Below are positions 21,221 through 34,182 of a stretch of 64,000 nucleotides of DNA, piece after piece; positions within the stretch are counted from its first letter, which is position 1; each line of letters begins with the position of its first letter. Position numbers and translations under genes: made by a program. The DNA comes from Epithemia pelagica. Lineage: Eukaryota > Protista > Bacillariophyta. The stretch lies in assembly GCA_946965045.2 (NCBI GenBank), contig OX337241.1, forward strand, positions 3,122,671 to 3,186,670, in the 5' to 3' direction. Under the pieces are notes generated by a model that saw only the letters and a program-made list of their open reading frames with translations, had not been told where the DNA came from and did not search any database.

Positions 21221-22456
21221 ATGAGCATGACACTGAAAGAACAAGCATGGCAGTCGGGCCTAGTCCTTTTGAACGAAACACCTGAATGGAATGAACACGA
21301 CTGGCCTCCTCTTATGGGTGGATGGCGTCGCGATCATACTACGGTCGTACTCGATCATCCCGCTAAGAACGATAACAACAACCACAGGGGACAAGCGGTC
21401 GTCGTGTTGGGAGGATTTAAACAAGGCCAAGGTGTCATCAATTCCATTCTTGTTTTGAACTTGGCAGAATCAAATATGCAGTGGCGAGAAGGGTCACCCA
21501 TGAACAAGAGTCGTCGAACACATGCCGCTGTTGTGTGCAACGGAGCCGTCTACGTAATGGGAGGATACAATGGCGTAATGGGAAAATACAATGGAGGAAC
21601 TTTGGATTGTATCGAACGAATCGATGCCAATGACTTGCTGCAATTATCCTTACGAAACAGCACCACACATGAGAGCCTTTGGACTACATTGAATTGTCGA
21701 CTATCAACCGAACGAAGAGGGTGTAGTGCTGTTGCGGTGCACAACCAATATATTGTTGTAATGGGTGGCTGCGACGATGGTTATTTGCCGTCAGTGGATA
21801 TTATTGATAGCGGCAATCACACTCTCATTTTCGCACCATCCATGACTGTTCCTCGGTCATTTTGTGCCAGTGTGGTCGTTGGTCACCGAATCTTTGTTGT
21901 TGGAGGCTGTAATGAGCATGGCAATCTTGACTCGGTTGAGTATTTGGACTTCACAAGGCCATGTGATAATAGGGAGACAGAGAAGGACACTACTGCTTCA
22001 GTGATATCTTTCTCGTCCACCTGGATCACTCATTCTCATTTGGTCCTTTCCAATGCACGAAGTTCTTGTGCAATGGTTGCCGTGGGATCTTGTCTGGTGG
22101 TGGCGGGAGGACGAGGCAATCCAACCGTGGAAGTATTGGATATGCACCGCAACCATGTGTGGAACCTCCTACCATTCACTAATTACGGTAATGGCTGTAG
22201 TATGGTGACTGTTGCCAATCAAGTTGCCGTGATTGGTGGATGGGGCGATCCTTCCTGTGCGACATTACCACTAATGGATAGGAAGTCGTGGTGTTTTCAG
22301 CGACTCTGTGAGCAGCCTCGGAACGAATGGGACCAGTTCCGGGAAGGAATGGGTATCCGAGATGCTGATGTTTCACGCTTTTCCACCTCGACATCAGCTC
22401 GTAAACGAGCTACGCCCAGTACGCAGCGTGGTGATTCAGGAAAGGATGAAAGTTGA
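21221..22456 (+). CDS. Kelch-repeat protein K5
   Basis: MSMTLKEQAWQS start, six kelch motifs, SARKRA tail. Confidence 0.92.
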   Translation: MSMTLKEQAWQSGLVLLNETPEWNEHDWPPLMGGWRRDHTTVVLDHPAKNDNNNHRGQAVVVLGGFKQGQGVINSILVLNLAESNMQWREGSPMNKSRRTHAAVVCNGAVYVMGGYNGVMGKYNGGTLDCIERIDANDLLQLSLRNSTTHESLWTTLNCRLSTERRGCSAVAVHNQYIVVMGGCDDGYLPSVDIIDSGNHTLIFAPSMTVPRSFCASVVVGHRIFVVGGCNEHGNLDSVEYLDFTRPCDNRETEKDTTASVISFSSTWITHSHLVLSNARSSCAMVAVGSCLVVAGGRGNPTVEVLDMHRNHVWNLLPFTNYGNGCSMVTVANQVAVIGGWGDPSCATLPLMDRKSWCFQRLCEQPRNEWDQFREGMGIRDADVSRFSTSTSARKRATPSTQRGDSGKDES

Positions 22457-23526
22457 ATTTTGCGACGTATAAATATTGCATCCATGTCCTGCAGTTGCAA
22501 AACTATAGCATAATCATTTGGTTCTCAAGCACTTTTCTTGTTTTTTTTTAATGGCATTGCTAACTATTGAGATGTCATGTCTTCGTTGTACTGGTAGAAA
22601 ATGTGAGTTATAGCGTCCGACATGACCCTGCCGTTCTCCGCATAGACGAGTGGAGTCATGCTCTTGAGTGCCTGTCCATGGTACCATGCCTCTCTGCTGT
22701 TGAATGGGTTGAGTTATCTGGCTGACCAAGATGATGGTTGTGCGCCTGAAGCACTCTAGTCGGAACCATCAATACCAAACAACGTCAACACATACAAACA
22801 TGCCGGACACACGCGCGCTTCTCCTCGGCGGTTGTACACAGCGACTCGTTTGGACGGTCGTCTTAGTTCCGACCATGCGACAGTTTGTCGGTCGGGTCCT
22901 TCTATGACGCGTGCTCGTGTCTTCGGGTGGCAGTCGTTATTAGGAAATTTGTGAATTCTTTGGAATTTTTGCACAGCCACAAATTTTTCAGGAGTCCGAT
23001 AACTTTATGGGTCGATTCAGCAATCAGTCTCTCCCCAGTGATGTGGCTCTTGGTGAGGCTATGGTCATCGGTCCATGGGAATCAACAAGAACATTGCGGT
23101 GCGCAACGTCCCAGTTTCCCATGGCATTGTCACGGGGGAAGGCGAAAACGACCATGGTAGTGCTGCGACATCCCCAACCACCACCTCGTATCGAAGTATG
23201 GCTTGCTCCATACTTTCAACCAGACGGCTTTTCCATTCCAACGTCTGGATTCTAAATTACTGGTCGAAACTTGTTATTCTTCGTTGTTGGATTCTGGTGG
23301 GTGTTGTCTGTCCATTTTCCACGGCAAAACACGTCTACCATCATGGACTGGTCATTACCACTGCACTGTGGTTTGTTTGTTGTTGTTTTGCGACAGTATT
23401 GCTCGTCGATACTGCTTTGTGAATCCAAAATTCTGTTCTCGTGGCCGCAGATCCCCATCCATGACAATGACACGGCATGGTTGTGGAGTACAACACCCCA
23501 AAGTTGGACGGACAAGACTTATTTCC

Positions 23527-23574
23527 AAGAGAGACTGCGCCGATTCGAACAAGAGAGACTGCGCCGATTCGAAC
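23527..23574. repeat. 24-bp perfect tandem duplication
   Basis: AAGAGAGACTGCGCCGATTCGAAC occurs twice. Confidence 0.85.
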
Positions 23575-24681
23575 CAAGGCTTAGTGTAATCGTGAAGCTG
23601 AAAGCACATTTGCGCCACGTTGACTATGAAAAGATTCTGGTTGCCGTCCTTGCATAGACAAAGACATTACTTGAAGCTTGTCGGGTGCTGTCAAACTATG
23701 GACCAAGCTCCAGGCCAATAAACACCAGAGAATCGATCGAGCCACGCTCAAACTGCAATGTTGCCGCCGCTGCAGCTACTACCAGGCTTGGATTCACAGT
23801 CAGTATCCATGTTCGCGATCGGTGTTTCATGTCAGAGAACACACAAGCATTGGACAAGGCCACTCTGTCATTGTCTTGTTCATGTTCTTGCCGTTGTCCT
23901 ACCACCTCTGTTTCAGAAATCGCGGAACTGGATGTTTTTGGAAAGGACCCACAAGAATGCAACTCTCGAATCTGTCAGTTTCATCCTGCAATTTCCAAGG
24001 GCCTCTATTGTTGCAACGGTGTATTTCGTCATTAGTGGTTTGACACCGGCAATTTGACATAGCCTGACACACAAAACTCTTGTACGTTCTCGACGCCAGC
24101 ACCGGTCCTGACACCCACCTTGGCGAATGGAGGCCCTTCAACCAGTACAATACGCGTCTGCCACAGGACCAACCTTTGCGGTCCAACCAAATCCACGTGA
24201 CATTCTCGAAAACAACCCAATGAGCGGTGCACATTCGAATCATTGGATCAAGAAGTCAACAAGACCACTCTCTCTGTTGTTGTTGTCGTTGTGAACAGAT
24301 GTCGTTGTGAACAGACTGTATAGGACCAAGGGAAGAATGGTGTTGCTCCATAAATGGCGTGGGACGAGATGACTTGGAAATTAGGGATTGTCAATCTGTG
24401 GACCTATTCATCATACAAAAGGACTCTTCATCACAAATGTCGCTCTCTCTCTCTCTCCCTCGTCGTCGTATCTTTTACAGCAAAAGATACTTTTGGGGGC
24501 TTGTCATGAAATCTATGTGCGATTGACTGCCCTTCACCATCGTACGCAGGACAGGCACACCTTTTCTGTCTACACGCGCGCCGGTCTCCACGCAAAAAAG
24601 CAAAGCTTCCACTTCCACGCGTTGCTCTATTATACAAATAGACCCGCTCTTGTGCTGCCATTTCTTGTCGACATTGGGATC

Positions 24682-25860
24682 ATGACAACGACACTGAAAG
24701 ACCAAGCATGGCAGTCGGGCCTTGTACTTTTGGAAGAGACACCTGAATGGAATTTCGAGGACTGGCCTCCTCTTGAGGGTGGATGGCGTTACTATCATGC
24801 TTCCGTCGTACTGAATCGTACCGATAACAACGAGGAGCAAACCGTCGTCGTGTTGGGAGGATTCAAACAAGGCCAAGGCTATGTCAACTCCGTTCTTGCA
24901 TTGAATCTAGCAGAACCGAACAAACAGTGGCGAGAAGGGCCACCCATGAACCAGGAACGCGGTGGACATGCCGCTGTTGTGTGCAATGGAAGAGTCTACG
25001 TGATGGGAGGTCGCAATACAACATCTTTGGATTGTCTGGAACGAATTGACTTGAATGATTTGTTTCAATCATCTTTGACAACAAGTAGCACACGTGCGAG
25101 CCATTGGACGACATTGACATGTCGGTTATCATCTGGACGACATGGGTGTTGTGCTGTCGCGGTTCACAACCGATACATCGTTGTAATGGGTGGATACAGC
25201 GATCGTTATTTGTCGTCGGTGGATATTATAGATACAAACAGCCACACTGTCATTGCCGGACCAAGCATGATTGTTCCACGACAATGGTTTGCCAGTGCGG
25301 TCATTGGTCACCGCATCTTTGTCGTTGGAGGTCATAACTATAATGGCCATCTTGACTCGTTGGAGTATTTGGACTATGCAACACCCCTTGACAGTGATGA
25401 GACAAAAAAGGAGACTGGCTCAACATTCATTTCTTTCTCGTCCACTTGGATCACTCATTCGGAGTTGAGGCTATCCGAGCTTCAAGGTTCTTGTGCAACG
25501 GTTGCTGTGGGATCCTGTCTGGTTGTGGCGGGTAGACAAGGCCATTTAACCGTGAAAGTCTTGGATACGCACCACAACCGCGTTTGGAATCTCCCACCAG
25601 TGAATTTACCGAGGGGCTGCAGTATGGTGACTGCTGCCAATCGAATTGCTGTGATTGGTGGATGGAGCAATTCTACCTGCGCGACATTTCCACTAATGGA
25701 TAGGAATTCGTGGTGTTTTCGTCGACTCTGTGAGCAGCAATCGAACAGATGGTATCATTCTCTTGAAGGTATGGGTATCCGAGATGCTGATATCTCACCC
25801 TTCTCCACACCGACATTAGCTTGTAAACGAAAAAGGCCTAATACTCACCTCGGTGATTAA
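24682..25860 (+). CDS. Kelch-repeat protein K6
   Basis: ATG 24682 (MTTTLKDQAWQS); six kelch motifs; KRKRP tail. The upstream in-frame extension is non-coding spacer shared with other units. Confidence 0.92.
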   Translation: MTTTLKDQAWQSGLVLLEETPEWNFEDWPPLEGGWRYYHASVVLNRTDNNEEQTVVVLGGFKQGQGYVNSVLALNLAEPNKQWREGPPMNQERGGHAAVVCNGRVYVMGGRNTTSLDCLERIDLNDLFQSSLTTSSTRASHWTTLTCRLSSGRHGCCAVAVHNRYIVVMGGYSDRYLSSVDIIDTNSHTVIAGPSMIVPRQWFASAVIGHRIFVVGGHNYNGHLDSLEYLDYATPLDSDETKKETGSTFISFSSTWITHSELRLSELQGSCATVAVGSCLVVAGRQGHLTVKVLDTHHNRVWNLPPVNLPRGCSMVTAANRIAVIGGWSNSTCATFPLMDRNSWCFRRLCEQQSNRWYHSLEGMGIRDADISPFSTPTLACKRKRPNTHLGD

Positions 25861-28680
25861 GGAGAGAATGAAACTTGAAATCTGCTACGTATTGCATGTA
25901 TGTCCTGACATTGGCAGAACTAAAGCATTATCATTTCGTTCTCAAATCGTAGTTGTATTGTTTTCTTCATGACATTGCGAACTATTATTGAGATATCATG
26001 TACTCCGTTGTAAAGTTACACCATAGTGGAGCCAGTCCTTGGGTAGATGTCCATGGGACCATGCCTCTCCGCTGTTGAATAGGTCGAGTTATCATGCTGT
26101 GGAGGATTATGGTTGCGTGCCTGAAACACTTGGCGCAGCGACTCGTTTGGACGGTCGACCATGCGTTAAACTGTGAGGTCCGGCCCTTTATGGCCCATGC
26201 CTACTACGTGAGAGGACAGTACACCGTCTCTCGATGCTCGTGGTGGTTTTGGGTGACAGGACATTTGCGAATCCTTGGGAATTTTTGCCACCGAAGTGTT
26301 CGATAGTTCCTCCACTACAGCAACGAGTCTTTATGAAGTCTTTATGATGAGGTCGGCAATTTGCTTGTGTCAATACAGCAATCAGTCTCTCCGTAGTGGC
26401 TCTTTGATAGTCCATGGGTATCGGTCCATTGGGATCAACAACAACAATCACAGTCTGCAAGGTTATGTCTTGCCCCTCAATGCCAGTTCCGCTGAAACCT
26501 TGTTGAAAGACTACAGCACTGTGAAACAGCACTGTTGGACATTGCCCACTACAACCTTTGTGCCTCGTACAGCACCAACAAAACCACGACCCGCGCCGAT
26601 CATGTCTTGGCTGTCGTCTGACAGCCGTGTTGGACCTCGATCACTACCACAGTTGAGTCTCGTACCGAACTCAGCAGTACCAACAACAAAACCACGACCA
26701 CGAATGCCGCCGATCATGTCTTGGCTGTAGTCTAATAGAACTTCTTGTTGTTCTTCTGCTTCGTTGGATTCTGGTTGGTTTTGCTGCCTTGTCGTTCCAC
26801 ACCAACACACAGCTTGAATCTTCCTTTGTGGACTTGAAACGGCGATGCGACCCTTTCCCATAATCAATTCTTCACTAGAGAGTTGAATTGCGTTCCGTAC
26901 TTCGACCCGTAGTACTGGAGAAGAATTCTGGTTCCCGTCCTAGTGTTCTTCTTTTTGTTCTTGTTTGTTGCGTACGATTTCTAGCTTGTTGCGATCAAAG
27001 TTGTCGTTGAGTATGGTGTTCTTCTTTCGTCCAGTGTGACAACAACAAATGCGGTTTGGTTGTTATAATTGCTATGGGGATCCGTCGTGGTTTCTTTCGT
27101 GGCTTGCGCTGCTGCTGCGACACTTGACGGTGTGTTTCATGCAATGCACAGTTGGTGATTGGCTGCAACGACCAAGACTTGGTAGTCGACGATATTGGGC
27201 TGTAGGAGCACTTCCCACATACAAGTCCAACGCCAAGAGAGACAAATCTCCGCACCGTCCGCAAAGTTCTCGTCAGGGTTGACGAACATGATGCACTTCC
27301 ATTTCGTCATACTAAGAGGGATCCATGTCATGTTGCGAGACACAACCAAACGTGACACCCCACTCCAAGGGAACGCAAATTTCCATTTGCACGGATTGTG
27401 ACAGTGTTTCCAGTGGTGGAAGATTGTTGTTTGGGTGGTCCGTATGTACGAATCATCGATTTGGTTGGCACGACAACTTTGCGCAAACGGTTGTCTCGAA
27501 CGGTACAAATGGCATCTTGTCGTTGGTGCAATTCTGCGGTCGACGCAGTAGTACTGTGGAATCCTGTCCAGTGATAGACACTGGTATCCTCGTCGGGTTG
27601 CCACACATGATAGTGTGCTTCTGCTGCTTCGGGTGGATCTGGTGGTTGTGGTTGCTCCTCAGTGTTGTCGTCCCACGAAGATCGAATGCTGACACCTGGA
27701 CGAATACTGGTGGGCGGTGGACAGTGTTAAGGGGCACACGAGATCCATTCTTCCTTGTCGTTTCCAGCAAACAATTGAATCGACAAGTGTGTTTTCAATC
27801 GGTACGACACGAATTGGTGCCGTGACCTGTAAGCCTGGATGACGGATGCGAAAGGCCTGAAATTGTTCCGCAAAGGACTTGTCGGCGGTGTCGGTGGCCT
27901 GTGCACAGGTGGAGGCCAAGCGCAACCAGAACAAGAACGACCCGAACCAGGAGTACCCACGAATCGTGGCAACGGGCTTGGGACAATGCTTCATCACCAC
28001 CATTCTATGCTGCGTTCCCTTGTCTTTCTTGGTTGGAACGAGACTGCCACGCCCCCACAGTCAATTCGAAACAACAACCACAAGAAGAAGACAATGATGG
28101 TGATAATGACGATGATGCCAGACAGTGTTTGGCTGCATCACTTGGTTCCATTTCATTCCAGGTTTGGTTTCTTTCTCTGGTTCGTGGTAAGCCCATCGAG
28201 AAACGAGACGACATCCTCCCCAACCTTTGCTATTGCCCTTACAATTGCCTGTTTCAATGACTGGTGGGGAGAGGAAGATGACTGAGTTTTCACAAGATCA
28301 CTTGTCCGTGACTGGTTGGGAAAGGTCGTCGATTCGGAAGAAGAGAAACGAGTAATTTGGGGGGGGGGGGAATTACAGTGAGTGCTCAGAACTGAACCCT
28401 GGATAGTCACCGCTGGGGATAAGTCCGAACCCATCTGCAAGCACAGGTTTATTTAGGGGTATCCAAAAACGCCCACGATACTCCCAAGAAGGATGCATGG
28501 TCTTCTTCATCGCGTTGCTACGGTCACGATTTGTCTCGTAACCCATCCATTTCGTCAAGATAGTCGATCGAGCTTCCAGTCCGCACCTATGAGAATCACA
28601 GGAGCAAAGCAAAACCACTAACCACTTACAATACAGTGTCTCATTCCCCATAAATTCGCTGCAGTTAATATTTTGGAGCA

Positions 28681-29829
28681 ATGAGCATGACACTGAAAGA
28701 ACAAGCATGGCAGTCGGGCCTTGTCATATCGGACGAGACACCAGAGTGGAATGAAAACGACTGGCCTCCTCTTGTGGGTGGATGGCGTTACCGTCATACT
28801 TCGGTCATATTGAATCATACCGATAACAACAAGAGACAAACGGTCGTCGTGATGGGCGGATATCAGCAAGGCAAAGGTACCACGGATTTCGTTCTTGTTA
28901 TGAATCTATCAGACCCAGACAAACAGTGGCGCGAAGGACCATCCATGAACCAGAAACGTTATGGACATGCCGCTGTTGGGTGCAATGAAAGCGTGTACGT
29001 TATGGGAGGATACAATGGAGCACCTGTGGATTGTATCGAACGAATTGATTTCAACGATTTGCTGCAATCATCTCCGACATCAAGCATCTCCCACGAGAGC
29101 CACTGGACGACATTGACATGTCGATTATCAACGAAACGAAAAGGATGTTGTGCTGTTGCGGTTCACAACCGATACATCATTGTAATTGGTGGTTATGACG
29201 GTAGTCGAACGTTGTCGTCGGTGGATATTATTGATACCAGGAACCACACTGTCACTGAAGGACCATCCATGAATGTTCCTCGATTTTGTTGTGCCAGTGC
29301 GGTCATTGGTCACCGCATCTTTGTCGTTGGAGGTCATAACGATGAGCATGGCTGTCTTTACACGGTGGAGTATTTGGACTATGCAACACCCTGTGACAAT
29401 GATGAGACAAAAAAGGAGACTGGCTCGACGTTCATTTCTTTCTCACCCACCTGGATCACTCATTCGGAGTTGAGGCTTTCCAATTCACGAGGTTCTTGTG
29501 CAATGGTTGCCGTGGGATCTTGTCTAGTGGTGGCGGGAGGAGGATGGGGCAATTCAACCGTGGAAGTGTTGGATACGAACCGCAACCGCGTTTGGAATCT
29601 CCCATCACTCGGAAATGACCGCTTTGACTGCACTATGGTGGCTGTTGCCAATCAAGTTGCCGTGATTGGTGGATGGGAGAATCCTTCCTGTACAACATTA
29701 CCACTCCTGGATAGAAATTCGTGGTGTTTTCGCCGTCTCTGTGAGCAGCAATCGAACGGATGGTATCATTCTCTTGAAGGTGTGGGTATCCGAGATGCTG
29801 ATATCTCACACTTCTTCACATCGACATGA
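28681..29829 (+). CDS. Kelch-repeat protein K7 (basic tail removed by TGA)
   Basis: Six kelch motifs. TGA 29827-29829 replaces the Ser codon of SARKRAR; the ARKRAR codons remain downstream. Confidence 0.88.
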   Translation: MSMTLKEQAWQSGLVISDETPEWNENDWPPLVGGWRYRHTSVILNHTDNNKRQTVVVMGGYQQGKGTTDFVLVMNLSDPDKQWREGPSMNQKRYGHAAVGCNESVYVMGGYNGAPVDCIERIDFNDLLQSSPTSSISHESHWTTLTCRLSTKRKGCCAVAVHNRYIIVIGGYDGSRTLSSVDIIDTRNHTVTEGPSMNVPRFCCASAVIGHRIFVVGGHNDEHGCLYTVEYLDYATPCDNDETKKETGSTFISFSPTWITHSELRLSNSRGSCAMVAVGSCLVVAGGGWGNSTVEVLDTNRNRVWNLPSLGNDRFDCTMVAVANQVAVIGGWENPSCTTLPLLDRNSWCFRRLCEQQSNGWYHSLEGVGIRDADISHFFTST

Positions 29830-32800
29830 GCTCGTAAACGCGCAAGGTCCAATACTCAAAGTGGTGATGAAGGGACGGATGAAGCCTAGACGTTTATTTC
29901 TCGAGTGGTTGACTTCTTTTCTACATTCGATTGCAATCCTAGAACCTAGTAAGTGGTTACTCAAAAGTAGAAAGAACATGTTGCAAGATAGAAGGTGCTT
30001 GCTTGTTGTCAAAGACGTGGAAGGAACGACCAAATTTTGTGTCTCTACAAGTGGTAGTGCGACCACTGTGGTTGTGAGACCGTAAGACAAGAATCTAGGG
30101 CTTTGTGGTGGCATCTTGACACTTTGTAGGACACAGAGACATTGTCCATGGATCGGTAGCTAATGGTAGGGACACTCACACTCCAGGAAGGGAGAGTTGC
30201 GCATCGATGTCGTAGTCAAGGGCAATCCGGTTTGTTCACGCCATTTTGTGTTCATTACGATGGAATAGTGCAGAGTAGTTTTCCTGTTGGTGACAGGGCA
30301 AATCCATATATGTTTCATGACATGGTGGTTGCCGTGACTGTCAAGGGTGTTCCATCTTGTCGTTTCTTGGCATGGGATGCTGTTGCTACGACACAATTTT
30401 GCCGTGGACCACGACCATTGCCGGATCATTTGTTACCATCTAAACAATACTTGAACAGCGCCGAGGGAGACTCTCCGTAGTAATCGGTTGCGGTATTGGT
30501 GGACTTCTTGTCTGGATTGAGTAAAGAAGTATGTGTAGTCCTTGCGTTCCTTGTTGCATCGGCATCGTACTCGTCTGTATATGCACCTGGATGATGTTCT
30601 TGCTGTTCTGCTTCTGATTAGGTGCTGGTGTAAACAACGACTCCATGGTGTGGTTGTGGTATTATATAGTAGAGGAATCCGCATTGGCCTTGCATGATTC
30701 CTCGCTTCGTTCGTTGGATTGTGATAAGTCTGGAAAACCCCAAACTTGCAACACTCTGGTTCTTGTGGTGGTAGCTGGAGTTTGTGCTTGTGGTGGTCAT
30801 TGTCGCTGTTGACTTGTGTTGTTGATGAGATGGGTCGTGGTTGGTTCCTCCTTCTTGGAGCCACAAATCACTCGACGAATTTGAAGTATTGGTGATCATG
30901 ATGCTACTGTGTCATTTGTTTCGGTTGGTAGTTCTGTGGTGCTTTTCGTTTCCCCTTGTTCCAAAAAATGAACAGGTCGTGATAGTCGTCAGTTGGTCCG
31001 CCTGTTGGCAATGCATCGATGGAAACCATTCATTCGTTGCTATTGGCAATTACGCGAAGGAGGACAAAACCTGGATGCCTGCTGCGCATGCGACAATTGT
31101 TGTTGTTGCTGTTGTTTGGATCCTGTTGGTAGATCGGGAATCCTGATTTTTCTCTTCTTGTCGTGCTCTTCAACGAACGTGCAGGGCGGTAGTTCTTGTT
31201 GATGTTTGGGTGTAACTGGTTGTAGTTGTTTTTGTGTTGTCGGCATCATCGTAGTACAATAGAATGACTGTGTTGTTGAAAATTTGCTCCTTTCCGCCAC
31301 GATCTATGATTTTCGACATCTGTTGGTCGTGCTCCTTGTGTGGCTTGGTTCATGGTCTCGTGGTCGATGAATCCGACAAAGGACAAAACGGGTGGATCGA
31401 AAGGTCCGATCATGAGAGGAGCAGTAAAAGGACGAAAAGCACGACAAGCCAAAACCTCGTGGACCCCATAGTCCGCTTCTCTGATGCTTCTTTTTGGAAA
31501 TCGAGCATGGTTGGTTGCTGATTCTATACATTCCTCTTCGTCTTGTGAAGAAGGAATCATCGTTGATCGAGCAAAGATGGAATGGAACCGTCCTTGACAA
31601 TCAAGGGGAAGGAAGCTCCACATGAGACTAGGGCGGAGTCGTGATTGCCATTGTGGTGATTTCGAGCAAGACACATGGCTCCAGAAATGGTTGTTGCTTT
31701 TGGAAAATTGGGCAAAGACTGGTGGTAGTTGGTGCTGTTGATGTTGCTGCAGACTCACACCGCTTGTGTTTTTTTGTCGTTTCTGGCGTCGTCAGTCGGT
31801 TGGTGACGTCGTCCTTCTCGTTGTCTAGTAAAAAAGGTTTTCTTACTTGACGTCCCGACTGAAATGCGGTAGCACAATCCTCATGCTGGGCGTTGTGCCA
31901 CGACGATACCGCTCTTCTGTTTGTTGTTGCATCAAGGATTTCTTATCGTCACAACCAAATGTTTTCCATGCACAATAAGATGTCATGTTTCGACTCGGGA
32001 CCTGGATGTTGTTCGTGGTGATGGAACCATGCATTGATACGGATTCCGAATGACAACGACAAGAAAAACAAAAAGAAGCGTGACACTGTGGTAAGGTAAA
32101 TGGCCCCTGTGACTTGGGCCAACTACTTGGTGAACAGCCGTCTGCACGACACGACGGACCAAAACAACCACACGACAGAGAGATGAAAAGGAGGAGGATT
32201 TTTCCTGGCCCATGTGGTGGTCCTTTTGTTTGTTTCCACTGGAATTGGGCATGATGTTGATGTCGGAGCCGGTGGGGACTGTTTGGACGTTGGGCCTGGC
32301 AGTTTTTTCCATGGATTTTGAGCGCATGGCACCCATGCAACTCATGGCATGCTTCACGCTCGTGTGTTGGAATTGGTGGCGTCCTTTTGCCATTTTGACT
32401 TTGCGCTGTCGTCCCCGCTCTCGCAATGGAAGTCACCTTGAATATACCCACACGTGTTTGAAGCCTTGACCATAGTGGGAAACCATTTCCCATTTGCATT
32501 GAGACGCAATGCCTCGTTCAGTCCGGGTCCCCAAAGTTGCATCCAATCCATGTCTTCTTGACACTCGACGCTTTCATCAAGGCTAGAGCTCCATTCACAA
32601 AATAGAGATGCACCTCTCCCAGAGCTCGAATTCGGTCCACTTGCTAGTCAACGAAGAAAATATTATGATGATCATGCGCCGCCTTTTGTCCATCTTTCTT
32701 GTTGTTGGATCTATGAATTCGCCCAACGATATACTGTGGCTGTGGCTCTGTCATGCATTGTATGGGCGACCCACTCTTGCCCGGAAAGATTGCGTACCTA

Positions 32801-32961
32801 CGACAGACACTCTGGCTCAAATGCTTCCACGCGTACGACGAGTTTAGGTCTGAAAATTTGGATCGTGTTGTTGCTGTTCCACATCAGTCCGCAGATCAGC
32901 ATCTCAAAACTGCCTTTCAATGATCTCTTTATAAAATTCGCTGCAGTCATTGTGTGAAACC

Positions 32962-34182
32962 ATGGCCACGGCACTGAAAGAACAAGCATGGCAGTCGGGC
33001 CTAGTCCTTTTGGACGAGACACCTGAATGGAATGAAAACGATTGGCCTCCTCTTGAGGGTGGATGGCGTTATCGTCATGCTACGGTTGTACTTGATCATC
33101 CCGATCAAGACAATAACAACAACAAGAAGAAGAGACAAATGGTCGTCGTGTTGGGAGGATATAAACAAGGCCTAGGTACCACCAGTTCCGTTCTTGTAAT
33201 GAATTTGGAGGGCCAGAACAAGCAGTGGCGAGAAGGGCCGCCCATGAACAAGAATCGTTACGAACATGCCGCTGTTGTGTGCAACGGAGCCGTCTACGTG
33301 ATGGGAGGACACAATCAAGGTTCATTGGATTCTATCGAACGAATCGATGCCAATGATTTGCTTCGATCATCCTTAACAAAAAGCAAATCCTTAACAAACA
33401 GCACACGCGCGAGCAATTGGACGACATTGAAGTGTCGCTTATCAACGCGAAGGTATGGATGTTGTGCTGTTGCGGTGCACAACCGATACATAATTGTAAT
33501 GGGTGGCTACAGCAATCGTTATTTGTCGTCAGTGGATATTATTGATACCAACAATCACATTGTCACTGCTGGACCATCCATGAATCTTCCACGAGCATGC
33601 TGTTCCAGTGCGGTCATTGGGCACCGTATCTTTGTCGTTGGAGGCCGTAATGAGCATGGCAATCTTGACTCGGTAGAGTATTTGGACGACACAACACCCT
33701 GTGACAGTGTTGAGACAAAAAAGGAAACTGGCTTGACGTTCATTTCTTTCTCACCCACCTGGACCAATCATTCGGAGTTGAGGCTTTCCAATGCACGATT
33801 ATCTTGTGCAATGGTTGCGATGGGATCCTGTCTGGTTGTGACGGGAGGATTCGAATCATCTGTGGAAGTGTTGGATACGCGCCGCAACCGTGTGTGGAAT
33901 CTCCCACCATTCACTAACTACCACAATGGTTGTACTATGGGGACCGCTGCCAATCAAATTGCCGTGATTGGTGGATGGCGCAATCCTACCTGTGCAACAT
34001 TACCACTACTGGACAAGAATACGTGGTGTTTTCGTCGACTCTGTGAGCAACAATCGAACGGATGGTATCATTCTCTTGAAGGTATAGGTATCCGAGATGC
34101 TGATATCTTGACATTGGCATCAGCACATCAACGCGCAAGGTCCAATACTCAAAGTGGTGATGAAGGGGCGGATGAAGCCTAG
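32962..34182 (+). CDS. Kelch-repeat protein K8
   Basis: ATG 32962 (MATALKEQAWQS); six kelch motifs. Confidence 0.92.
   Translation: MATALKEQAWQSGLVLLDETPEWNENDWPPLEGGWRYRHATVVLDHPDQDNNNNKKKRQMVVVLGGYKQGLGTTSSVLVMNLEGQNKQWREGPPMNKNRYEHAAVVCNGAVYVMGGHNQGSLDSIERIDANDLLRSSLTKSKSLTNSTRASNWTTLKCRLSTRRYGCCAVAVHNRYIIVMGGYSNRYLSSVDIIDTNNHIVTAGPSMNLPRACCSSAVIGHRIFVVGGRNEHGNLDSVEYLDDTTPCDSVETKKETGLTFISFSPTWTNHSELRLSNARLSCAMVAMGSCLVVTGGFESSVEVLDTRRNRVWNLPPFTNYHNGCTMGTAANQIAVIGGWRNPTCATLPLLDKNTWCFRRLCEQQSNGWYHSLEGIGIRDADILTLASAHQRARSNTQSGDEGADEA

Noticed and set aside
28359-28370. G12 homopolymer as a G-quadruplex or regulatory element
   Set aside because: A single isolated run not shared by paralogous spacers; homopolymer length is also error-prone.
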